A stretch of 56,257 bases of DNA from Candidatus Micrarchaeota archaeon (GTDB taxonomy: Archaea > Micrarchaeota > Micrarchaeia > Anstonellales > J096), in assembly GCA_030550115.1 (NCBI GenBank), contig JAUQPY010000013.1, forward strand, positions 1 to 56,257, given 5' to 3'. The position numbers and the translations under genes are program-made. Under the pieces are notes generated by a model. It was not told the DNA's origin. It saw only the letters and a list, made by a program, of their open reading frames with translations, and did not search any database. This document shows positions 48,053-56,257 of this stretch, piece by piece. Positions within the stretch are counted from its first letter, which is position 1. Each line of letters starts with the position of its first letter.

Positions 48053-49654
48053 ATGTGCGGGATACTCGGATATGTTGGTAACAGACCAAAAGAATTTATA
48101 TTATATGGTCTGAAAGCAATAGAATATAGAGGATATGATTCTGTAGGATTGTATGATGGTAGATTAATAAGATCTGTTGGTAAAGTTGATGAATTTCTAC
48201 CAAAGATTCCAGAAACGTTGAGATCACCAGTTATTGCTCATACTAGATGGGCAACACATGGAGGTATAGAGGAGAAGAATGCCCATCCCCATAAATATGG
48301 TAAAATAGTATTAGTTCATAACGGAACCGTAGATCTACCTGAGTTTCCAGATTTAAAATCAGATACTGATACGGAGAGAATTGCAGCACTTCTTAATTTA
48401 TACCTGGAGGAGGAAAAAGATATTTTGAGAGCCTTATATAGATTATCCAATTCTCTAAATGGAATCTATAGTTTGGCGATCATACTTGAAAACGATGACA
48501 GGAGAGTATATTTTGCAAAAAGAGGGACTCCTCTGCTAATTGGTATAGGACATGGAGAAATGTTTTTAGCTTCAGACATAGCAGCATTCATAAAATATAC
48601 AAGAGAATATATAAGATTAGAAGACGGTGATTATGGTTACATAGAGCAGGGAGGGTATAAGATATTTAATAATGGTATCGTAATAGAGAGACCAGTTAGA
48701 ATGTTTGAGGGGAATTTTGAATCAGCTATAAAAGGGGAATATCCGCATTTCATGCTAAAGGAAATACATGAGCAGAGAGATATCATTGAATTAATACTAC
48801 CTGGAGATCTGAAGAGAATTAGAGAAATACTCAGAAAAAATCGAGTTGATGGAATAGCTGCAGGTAGTAGCTATCATGCTATATTATTCATAAAATATCT
48901 GACAAAGTTCAATATAACCCCTTACATTTCATCTGAGTACCCATATCTGGTCACTAAACCTTCAAAATATATTTTCACTATCAGTCAGAGTGGGGAAACT
49001 ATAGATACTATTAATGCAGTTAATTATGCAAAATCCAAAGGGGCTAAAGTGTTATCTTTAACCAACTATTTAGGTTCAACATTAGCTGCAATCTCTGATT
49101 ATGTAATTCCTATGAATGCCGGAATAGAAATAGGTGTAGCTGCTACTAAAACATTCTTAACTCAGATTCTATTTGGTTATAAGCTTATTAGTAGATTTGA
49201 TCTTAATGAAATAAAACAGGCAATCGATATAGCTCTTAGAAAAGATCTTATCCAGCTAGATCCAACGAAAAAAATTTTCTTTGTAGGTAAAGGTATAAAT
49301 TATCCAATTGCTATGGAAGGGGCTCTAAAACTGAAAGAGATAAGTTATTTACATGCTGAGGCATTTGCAGCAGGTGAGATGAAGCATGGGCCACTGAGTC
49401 TTTTTGATGAGAATTCACAGACAATATTTATTCATGGTAATGATGAGAGTTATCAGAGTGCTATTAATAACTACAAGGAGATTGTTGCTAGAGGCAGTAA
49501 AGTATTTCTTATAGATCCGAATTTCTTAACTCCAAACTATTTCCATATTGCTGCGGTAGTGTATTTGCAGAGATTGGCATATAGTATAGCTGTTAGTTTG
49601 GGAAGAGATCCTGACAAACCAAGATTTTTAGCTAAAGCGGTGACTGTAGAATGA
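48053..49654 (+). CDS. glmS: glutamine--fructose-6-phosphate aminotransferase
   Basis: MCGI, EYRGYDS, HTRWATHG, SQSGET, EGALKLKE, KHGP, LAKAVTVE. Confidence 0.96.
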   Translation: MCGILGYVGNRPKEFILYGLKAIEYRGYDSVGLYDGRLIRSVGKVDEFLPKIPETLRSPVIAHTRWATHGGIEEKNAHPHKYGKIVLVHNGTVDLPEFPDLKSDTDTERIAALLNLYLEEEKDILRALYRLSNSLNGIYSLAIILENDDRRVYFAKRGTPLLIGIGHGEMFLASDIAAFIKYTREYIRLEDGDYGYIEQGGYKIFNNGIVIERPVRMFEGNFESAIKGEYPHFMLKEIHEQRDIIELILPGDLKRIREILRKNRVDGIAAGSSYHAILFIKYLTKFNITPYISSEYPYLVTKPSKYIFTISQSGETIDTINAVNYAKSKGAKVLSLTNYLGSTLAAISDYVIPMNAGIEIGVAATKTFLTQILFGYKLISRFDLNEIKQAIDIALRKDLIQLDPTKKIFFVGKGINYPIAMEGALKLKEISYLHAEAFAAGEMKHGPLSLFDENSQTIFIHGNDESYQSAINNYKEIVARGSKVFLIDPNFLTPNYFHIAAVVYLQRLAYSIAVSLGRDPDKPRFLAKAVTVE

Positions 49655-50226
49655 AAATGCTAATAAATTCTCTAGAACTAGGAGGCGCAGAGAGATCACT
49701 GATTACTCTATCGAAATATTTGGATATGGAAATATTCACACTATATGATAACTCTATGCAGTTGGATATCAAATACACACCATTAATCAGAACTAAGAGA
49801 ATGAGCGGTATCTTAACTTATCTGTATATGCCTGTTTTTCTCTTAAAGGCCAGAAAATTTTTTGCAACGAATGATGTAGTAATTTCACATCTCAATCAAT
49901 CCAATTTTTTAAATTTTATTATGAAGAACTCTCTTAGAACCAAAGCGATAATGGTGATACATAATTTAAACTTAAATCGAAAAATTCCATTCGAGAAACA
50001 GGTATTCAAGTCAGCGGATAGGATTGTATGTGTGTCAGAACATATGAGGGTTGATGCTGTCCATAGATACAAGAACCCGAATACAATAACAATTCATAAT
50101 CCTATTGATTTAGATTATATTAAAGATCAGGCAACACATGGTAAATATTTAGATGGGAGAGTATATCATAAACATCGGAAGATATGTAGATTTAAAAAAT
50201 CAGAAGTTTCTAATAGACGTTTATAG
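49651..50226 (+). CDS. glycosyltransferase GT4, N-terminal half (split or frameshifted)
   Basis: LELGGAERS, ADRIVCVSE, IHNPID. Confidence 0.7.
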   Translation: MKMLINSLELGGAERSLITLSKYLDMEIFTLYDNSMQLDIKYTPLIRTKRMSGILTYLYMPVFLLKARKFFATNDVVISHLNQSNFLNFIMKNSLRTKAIMVIHNLNLNRKIPFEKQVFKSADRIVCVSEHMRVDAVHRYKNPNTITIHNPIDLDYIKDQATHGKYLDGRVYHKHRKICRFKKSEVSNRRL

Positions 50227-50749
50227 TAAGATTAGGAATAGGAATGATCTAAAACTTCTGATCTTGGGATATGGGCCTTTGGAGAATGAATTGATAAATT
50301 TGGCAAAATCCCGTGGATTCAGAGTGGGTAGGTCTCCAGATGAGGAGGCAGATGTTTATATATTCAAGACCAATAATCCATATGTTTATCTCAAAGGTGC
50401 AAAGGCATACATACATACTTCGGTAATGGAAGGATTTAGTGTTGTACTACTGGAAGCACTCTCCTTGAATATACCTGTATTTACTTCTGATCATAAATAT
50501 GGATCTAGAGAAGCATTAGGAATATATGATTTTGAATTCCGACCAGAATACCCTTACAGAACTGAGTTAGGTGCTCTATTGCCTGTGGCAACAGATGTTA
50601 ACTCCAGAGAGGGACAGATCTGGGTAGAGAGTTTACCTATGTTATTGGAAGAGTATGATAGGGTTCCTGGAGAGAGGTATGTAAGAGAGAAATTCAGTCC
50701 AGAGGTTATTGCAAGTAGATGGAGGGATATAATTAACTCTCTAGAATAG
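50153..50749 (+). CDS. glycosyltransferase GT4, C-terminal half (split or frameshifted)
   Basis: NIGRY..LKNQ, ILGYGP, NPY, EGFSVVLLEAL. Confidence 0.7.
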   Translation: MGEYIINIGRYVDLKNQKFLIDVYSKIRNRNDLKLLILGYGPLENELINLAKSRGFRVGRSPDEEADVYIFKTNNPYVYLKGAKAYIHTSVMEGFSVVLLEALSLNIPVFTSDHKYGSREALGIYDFEFRPEYPYRTELGALLPVATDVNSREGQIWVESLPMLLEEYDRVPGERYVREKFSPEVIASRWRDIINSLE

Positions 50750-51479
50750 CTAAAGTATTTGCGATCAAATCGGCGGTGAGATAGGTGCTTTTTGGATTAT
50801 CTACTGTTTCTACGAAATCCATACCTAACACCATCTTACCAGTTATTCCTTCTATAAATTCTAACAATTCTCCGTATGATTTGCCTCCATAACTTGGGAC
50901 ATTTGTATCTATATAAATAGGATCCAACACATCAAGATCCACAGATAGATAGAATCTATCTATTTCTAATCTATCTAGAGTTTTATATGCAATATCTAAT
51001 TCTTCGGGCTCTACAACCCTCACTCCATAGTAATAGATTTCCTCCGAATATTCGATCAATCTTCTACCAACACACGCATGACTGTATTCACTACCTTCAT
51101 ACTCAGAATATAAATCCAGATGAGCATCTACAAGAATATATCTGTTAAATAAACCCACAGTGGATATTGTGATTGAATGATCGCCACCAATCATTATTGG
51201 AATTTTGTTTTTGGACAGAATATAATCTAAAATATTATGTAATTCGCGCATAGCTTTGGAAGGATCTATAGAAGGGATGACAAGATCAAATGTATATACC
51301 GGGATATCGTTATATCGTATTCCATATCTATTGTTGTAACCTGGAAGATTTAATGATTGGCGAATAATCCCTATCGCTGCCTCTCTTGATAAGGGTTTTC
51401 CATAGATAACAGGTATTATTATATACTTAGCTTCATCGAAATCATATTCTGAACCCAAAAATGAGAACTTAAGCAGCAT
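50733..51479 (-). CDS. agmatinase / arginase family ureohydrolase
   Basis: GGDHSIT, DAHLD, YSHAC, SVDLDVLDP, DFVE. Confidence 0.9.
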   Translation of the reverse strand: MLLKFSFLGSEYDFDEAKYIIIPVIYGKPLSREAAIGIIRQSLNLPGYNNRYGIRYNDIPVYTFDLVIPSIDPSKAMRELHNILDYILSKNKIPIMIGGDHSITISTVGLFNRYILVDAHLDLYSEYEGSEYSHACVGRRLIEYSEEIYYYGVRVVEPEELDIAYKTLDRLEIDRFYLSVDLDVLDPIYIDTNVPSYGGKSYGELLEFIEGITGKMVLGMDFVETVDNPKSTYLTADLIANTLAILES

Positions 51480-51529
51480 ATATATAGCATATTCGATATC
51501 TTTAAATAGCTATTTTTGTTAATAAACTC

Positions 51530-52780
51530 ATGAGTCAGAACATACTGCATGAATATGATGTAGTTATAGTTGGAGCTGGTCCTGGTGGGTCTGGAACAGC
51601 TCTTCATCTTAGAGATAGTGGATTGAAGATCGCTCTATTGGATAAGCAAAAGTTTCCTAGAGATAAGGTGTGTGGTGATGGGGTAAGTGGTAAATCTTCT
51701 ACAATTCTTAAGGAGCTAGGCCTGTTTGATGAGTTATTCAAATTACCACATGGCCCAGGATATGGTGTGTGGATGAGCGGACCTAATGGCATCGATCTTA
51801 TAGTAGATTCTAGACAGGAAAAACCTGATGCCAAGCCTCATGGAGCTGTTGTTAGAAGAATCGATTTCGATAATTTTCTATATCAAAATGCTAAGAAAGT
51901 AGAGGGTTTAGACGCCTATGAGCAAATGACTGTGTTTGATCTGATAAAAGAGAATGATAATTACGTAGGTGTTTTGGCTAAAGATAATTCAGGAAATATA
52001 CATGAGTTTAGAGCAAAAATAATAGTTGGAGCAGATGGTGCTGCTTCAGTAGTAGCTAACAAGGCAGGGGTAGCATTCAGAGATCCAGATCATTATGTTT
52101 CTGCTGTAAGAGCATATTATGATGGAGTGGAAGGAATGAGAGAGGTAATAGAAATACATTTTGTAGAAGAGGCATTACCTGGATACTTCTGGATATTCCC
52201 TCTAGAAGGTAAGAAAGCTAATGTTGGTATTGGAATGCTAGATAGAGATATGAGAAACAAGAAGGTTAATTTAAGCCAACTCATGGAAAAATTGATAAAT
52301 GAACACCCTAAATTTAAAGATAGATTTAAGAATGCAAAGAGATTAACTAATATAATAGGTTGGACATTACCTTTGGGTTCTAAGAGGAGAAAACCATATT
52401 TTAATGGATTACTTCTAGTAGGTGATGCAGCAGCTCTAATAGATCCTCTGACAGGTGAAGGTATAGGGAATGCACTACTATCATCTAAATTAGCAGCTCA
52501 AACAATAAAAAAAGCTTTTGAATTAGGGGACTTTTCAGAGAAAGTATTGAAAATGTACGATGATCTGTTAAAGGAGAAACTAGATCCAGAACTCCAAACA
52601 ATGTATAGGATTCAGAGACTTGGTTCTATTAGATGGTTGTTGAATCATTTCTTCAACAGAGTGAATCATAAGAGAGAATTAAAAGAATTGATCACTTCCA
52701 CAATAGTATCAGAGGATACTCTTAAGTATAAGAAACAGCTTACTGATCCAATATTCCTAATTAAGAATCTATTTCTATGA
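51530..52780 (+). CDS. geranylgeranyl reductase family flavoprotein
   Basis: GAGPGG, FPRDKVCGDG, GADG, GYFWIFP, GDAA..DPLTGEGI. Confidence 0.9.
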   Translation: MSQNILHEYDVVIVGAGPGGSGTALHLRDSGLKIALLDKQKFPRDKVCGDGVSGKSSTILKELGLFDELFKLPHGPGYGVWMSGPNGIDLIVDSRQEKPDAKPHGAVVRRIDFDNFLYQNAKKVEGLDAYEQMTVFDLIKENDNYVGVLAKDNSGNIHEFRAKIIVGADGAASVVANKAGVAFRDPDHYVSAVRAYYDGVEGMREVIEIHFVEEALPGYFWIFPLEGKKANVGIGMLDRDMRNKKVNLSQLMEKLINEHPKFKDRFKNAKRLTNIIGWTLPLGSKRRKPYFNGLLLVGDAAALIDPLTGEGIGNALLSSKLAAQTIKKAFELGDFSEKVLKMYDDLLKEKLDPELQTMYRIQRLGSIRWLLNHFFNRVNHKRELKELITSTIVSEDTLKYKKQLTDPIFLIKNLFL

Positions 52781-53466
52781 GAGATGATTTAAAGAAGAAA
52801 TTCTTGAAAAAATTGGAGAGAAAGTTACAGGAACCTTCAGAGGATCAGTATATAGTTAATCTGATTAGGGCATATTATGATCTAAAGGATACTCAAAATC
52901 TCTTTGAAGAGAGATTGCAAGAGTGGATTAAAAACTCTATGTATCTAGATGTAAAAGATCCTAAGGACCCACAGGTATATGAATCAATTAGAAAACATGG
53001 ATTTGATGAGAGCGTTTACAGAGAATTTGTCGATATATATGATGTCATACGACGTGAGGAACGGCAGATCAGGCAGAAGATAGAGCAACTTATTCAGAGT
53101 AGATTCCCTAATTCGAGCTATTTGGTAGGTCCTTTTATAGTAGCTATGATGTTAGAGAAAATGGGTAGTTATGATAAATTGGTGAATGCGCCAGCATCAA
53201 CTATACAGGTTATCGGTGCAGAAAAGGCACTCTTTAAACATATCCGATCCAAAGGTAAAATAAAACCACCCAAACATGGTATATTATATCTATCGCCTTG
53301 GGTTAATAGATTACCAAAACGACTTAGAGGTAAGATGGCTAGAACACTTGCATCCAAACTTTCTATAGCTATGAAAGCAGATATGGCTGGTAGAGATATA
53401 AAAGAGGAATTATACAACAAGATCAGAAAGAGATATGAAGAATTGGAAAAGGAGGGGAAAAAATAG
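52777..53466 (+). CDS. nop5: Nop5 (Nop56/58) box C/D RNP protein
   Basis: PASTIQVIGAEKALF, PPKHG, RGKMARTLASK...AD. Confidence 0.9.
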   Translation: MRDDLKKKFLKKLERKLQEPSEDQYIVNLIRAYYDLKDTQNLFEERLQEWIKNSMYLDVKDPKDPQVYESIRKHGFDESVYREFVDIYDVIRREERQIRQKIEQLIQSRFPNSSYLVGPFIVAMMLEKMGSYDKLVNAPASTIQVIGAEKALFKHIRSKGKIKPPKHGILYLSPWVNRLPKRLRGKMARTLASKLSIAMKADMAGRDIKEELYNKIRKRYEELEKEGKK

Positions 53467-53472
53467 AAAGGA

Positions 53473-53760
53473 TTAAGCCTCAACTATAATTTCTATAGCA
53501 GAGACTTTTGTCACTTTTCCATCTTCTTTTGGTACATCTTCTGTAGATGTAGTTATGGATTTTGTTTTTATATCTGGTCTGTATTTTCTCTTTAGCAACT
53601 CTAGAACAGTCACTGCTCTTGCTATCTGCTTTCCTCTAGCTCTTATTACTACCTCTTTTGCACCCTGGCTGAGCTGTGTTAGTACTGCTAACACGTATCC
53701 TATTGTAGGCTTCTTTCCGATTAGAACTACATTATCATTTTCTGGTTTGTTTTCAGGCAT
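53473..53760 (-). CDS. albA: DNA/RNA-binding protein Alba
   Basis: VLIGKKP...YVLAV...ARGKQIARAV...VSAIEI. Confidence 0.95.
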   Translation of the reverse strand: MPENKPENDNVVLIGKKPTIGYVLAVLTQLSQGAKEVVIRARGKQIARAVTVLELLKRKYRPDIKTKSITTSTEDVPKEDGKVTKVSAIEIIVEA

Positions 53761-53796
53761 AGTCTCACCTGCTTTTATTATAACATAGAAATCTTT

Positions 53797-54693
53797 TTAT
53801 ATCTTTATATTATATTCTATATTTCCCGAATCCATTCTTTTTAGAGTGATCTTCATACCATCTCTTGCAACTACAATAGGAATGTCACTATTACCTACTT
53901 TAGATGTTATATCCTCATCTCTCCAAGATTCATATTTGTTACTGATATGAGTTAGAATCAGAAGTTTGGCACCTAGTAATCTAGCCATCTCCCTAGCTTG
54001 TAATGCAGTAGAATGTTTCTTATCTTTAGCTTCTTTATCTTCATCCAAGAAAGTACTGTCGTGTATAACTACATCAGCATGCTCTATAATATTCACTAGA
54101 TCGGGATAGAACATACTATCGCCTGTGTATAGAATTCTAATCCCTGCCTGTATATAAGTGATCTCATCTATCTTTACTATATTATCACCTTTTATTGTAT
54201 ATCCCTTGCTCTTCAGATTGATGAAATCCCTATCATTTAATTCCTTTATTCTCTCGGGTATAAACTTTCTAATACCTTTGCTCTCAAACACAAACCCATA
54301 AGAATTTTTCATGTGTTTTACTCTGAATGCATCTATCCTGTAGTTTTCTGAATCAACGAGAGTCCTGGCCCTGATGAATTTAAATGGGAACTCACTAGCT
54401 ATATAAGGTATTCTATCTGGAAGATATATCTCAGGTAATTCTATACCATAAACTTTATACGTTTCTACTAACCCATATAAACCTAGAAAGTGATCTATGT
54501 GTAAGTGGCTTATGAATATTCTACGGATTTTACCCAAGCCTAGACCGTATCTGAGAATCTGTCTCTGTGTCCCCTCACCCACATCAAACAGATTTATATC
54601 TCCGGATCTTAGATCTTTTATGCTGATTGATGGGAAGTTCCTAGTAAGAGACGGGATTCCAGATGAAGTTCCTAAGAATTGTATTTCAATCAT
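53797..54693 (-). CDS. rnz: ribonuclease Z
   Basis: FLGTS, DVGEGTQ, SHLHIDH, YTGD, HDSTF, HST, LTHIS. Confidence 0.93.
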   Translation of the reverse strand: MIEIQFLGTSSGIPSLTRNFPSISIKDLRSGDINLFDVGEGTQRQILRYGLGLGKIRRIFISHLHIDHFLGLYGLVETYKVYGIELPEIYLPDRIPYIASEFPFKFIRARTLVDSENYRIDAFRVKHMKNSYGFVFESKGIRKFIPERIKELNDRDFINLKSKGYTIKGDNIVKIDEITYIQAGIRILYTGDSMFYPDLVNIIEHADVVIHDSTFLDEDKEAKDKKHSTALQAREMARLLGAKLLILTHISNKYESWRDEDITSKVGNSDIPIVVARDGMKITLKRMDSGNIEYNIKI

Positions 54694-55963
54694 CTAGAGA
54701 CACTACCCTGATGTTCTTATTATTCTTACCTAGCTTGGATTTTATAGTATATTTTGCATTAGGATTGGTTATTCCTAAGTATTCTGCATTTGTAGATGCA
54801 ATCGTGGATATCACGCTATCAGGTATTAATCCATCTATGTAAATTGCCATAACCTCCTGAGATTTCTCCTTAAGTTTAGGAATTATATTTTTCATATCTG
54901 TAATTTCTGTATTGTTATCTCGGTATAGAATTAGAGCCTGTTTCTTACCGATTATACTCGATAGATAAGATGCATGATTGATCTGGGGTTTTGTCGTGTC
55001 TGCAGTAGTCTGCTCAGCAATCTGCTCTGGCTTGTCTTCAGTATCCTCTGGCTCATTCTGTTCAGTCTCTTTGAGTATTGAATCTATCAATTGATATAAA
55101 TTATCTCTGTTACTGAAGTCTATGGATCCGACATATCTTTTCTTTCTCAGAGCTGTATGGATCTCCTTACCAACCAGTTCTTCAACTTCTTTACCAGCAG
55201 GAGCCTGAGCGATGTAATCGATTTTTACACCTCTGCTTATTAGGTTCTCAGCTACTTTCTTAGCACCATTATCCCCATCCAGGAACAATATCACCTCTTT
55301 TTTATTAGCTATCTCCTTGATCTTATCAGGAATTACATCGGATACTCCTCCTACAGATACTACATTCTTAATACCATAATATACTAGATTCTGTACATCA
55401 GCTTTACCCTCTACAAATATTATATTATCCTGAAGATCATATTCTTTATGAGCTACTATTTTATCATTCCCTGGAACTAATTGTATTATATTCTTCTTTG
55501 CTATATGCTCTCTAAGCTCCTTCTCTATCTCACCAACATCAATCTGTTTCTCCTCTAAGAATTTCTGCAATAATTCTTTAGCTCTGTTCTTAATTTTAGC
55601 ACGTTTCTCCTGTCTAGTATCAGATATTTTCTCCACAGTAAAGACGGCTGAATGAGGCCCTACTTTATCTATGGTTTCCAGAGCTGCTGCTATTATAACA
55701 GTTTTTTCTATATCCAAGCTAGAAGGTAAATTAAAGATAGCTGTAGTGGTGTTGTTAACTGGAGAATAGGTGATCTGACCCTCTGGTTCTAATCTACCTA
55801 TCTTAGCGTGTTCTTGCAGATTTCTGAGATCCATATCCTTACCTAGCAATCCTTCAGTCTGACCAAATACTGCTCCTATGATGTCATCTTTACTAGCTTT
55901 TCCTTTAACCTCTACCAATACTCTTATCATATACTTCTGGTTATCCATATATGTTTTTGCCAT
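54686..55963 (-). CDS. dnaG: archaeal DnaG (TOPRIM primase-like, exosome-associated)
   Basis: DIIGAVFGQTEGLLG, AALETIDKVGP, VEGKADV, FLDGD, APAGKEVEEL; GAGGTGA SD upstream. Confidence 0.93.
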   Translation of the reverse strand: MAKTYMDNQKYMIRVLVEVKGKASKDDIIGAVFGQTEGLLGKDMDLRNLQEHAKIGRLEPEGQITYSPVNNTTTAIFNLPSSLDIEKTVIIAAALETIDKVGPHSAVFTVEKISDTRQEKRAKIKNRAKELLQKFLEEKQIDVGEIEKELREHIAKKNIIQLVPGNDKIVAHKEYDLQDNIIFVEGKADVQNLVYYGIKNVVSVGGVSDVIPDKIKEIANKKEVILFLDGDNGAKKVAENLISRGVKIDYIAQAPAGKEVEELVGKEIHTALRKKRYVGSIDFSNRDNLYQLIDSILKETEQNEPEDTEDKPEQIAEQTTADTTKPQINHASYLSSIIGKKQALILYRDNNTEITDMKNIIPKLKEKSQEVMAIYIDGLIPDSVISTIASTNAEYLGITNPNAKYTIKSKLGKNNKNIRVVSLDD

Positions 55964-55997
55964 AATCTTTCACCTCGTAAATATAATCTCTATACTA

Positions 55998-56052
55998 CCG
56001 AGCAGTGTTGACCGGATTCATCACCCACCTCCGATCGGCCATCCCTGCTCGG
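55998..56052 (-). other. GC-rich intergenic hairpin upstream of dnaG
   Basis: CCGAGCAG/CTGCTCGG outer stem and TGGCCG/CGGTCA inner stem. Confidence 0.6.
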
Positions 56053-56056
56053 CGAA

Positions 56057-56257
56057 TTATTTATTTGATAATATCTTAAAAACATCATCTTTCTCTATAA
56101 CCCCTATTAATTCAGATGTGTTCTTATCAACTATAACAATCGTCTGGATAGGATGCTGATTGAATGCATTAATGGCATCATCTATTGTCATCTCTGGAAA
56201 CAGAACTATGAGGGGATGACTCATAACCTCTCTGATCTTAGTACTATATGGTTTCTG
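56057..56257 (-). CDS. CBS-domain protein, C-terminal part (truncated by the window edge)
   Basis: Manual translation ...TKIREVMSHPLIVLFPEMTIDDAINAF...IVIVD...LIGVIEKDDVF...*. Confidence 0.8.
   Translation of the reverse strand, partial: QKPYSTKIREVMSHPLIVLFPEMTIDDAINAFNQHPIQTIVIVDKNTSELIGVIEKDDVFKILSNK

Overview
This is a very compact, AT-rich archaeal chromosome segment. The divergent 16S sequence, the unlinked rRNA gene, shortened proteins and mostly leaderless genes suggest a DPANN lineage, possibly Micrarchaeota-like (inference, not database-confirmed). It contains one stand-alone 16S rRNA gene, five tRNAs (Lys, Phe, intron-containing Leu-CAA, Glu, Leu-UAA) and many core genes (trpS, hisS, rps8e, rpl21e, tbp, rpoF, fen, pelota, cca, trm56, rnz, dnaG, alba, nop5, Sec61-beta, nrdJ, glmS, pyk, uppS, geranylgeranyl reductase, a GHMP kinase, pilus components). 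No CRISPR array, transposase or integrase is visible. The most unusual signals are: (1) four paralogous HExxH...(G/D)HP..E(L/M)FAS zinc-metallopeptidase-like proteins, three in tandem; (2) two large surface proteins sharing a ~65-aa domain after their membrane anchor; (3) two tandem TFE-alpha paralogues; (4) a 620-bp repeat-rich intergenic region that could be an origin or operator array; (5) two GC-rich structured non-coding elements; (6) a split glycosyltransferase, a Cys-less peroxiredoxin-like protein and a 29-bp identical repeat inside tbp.
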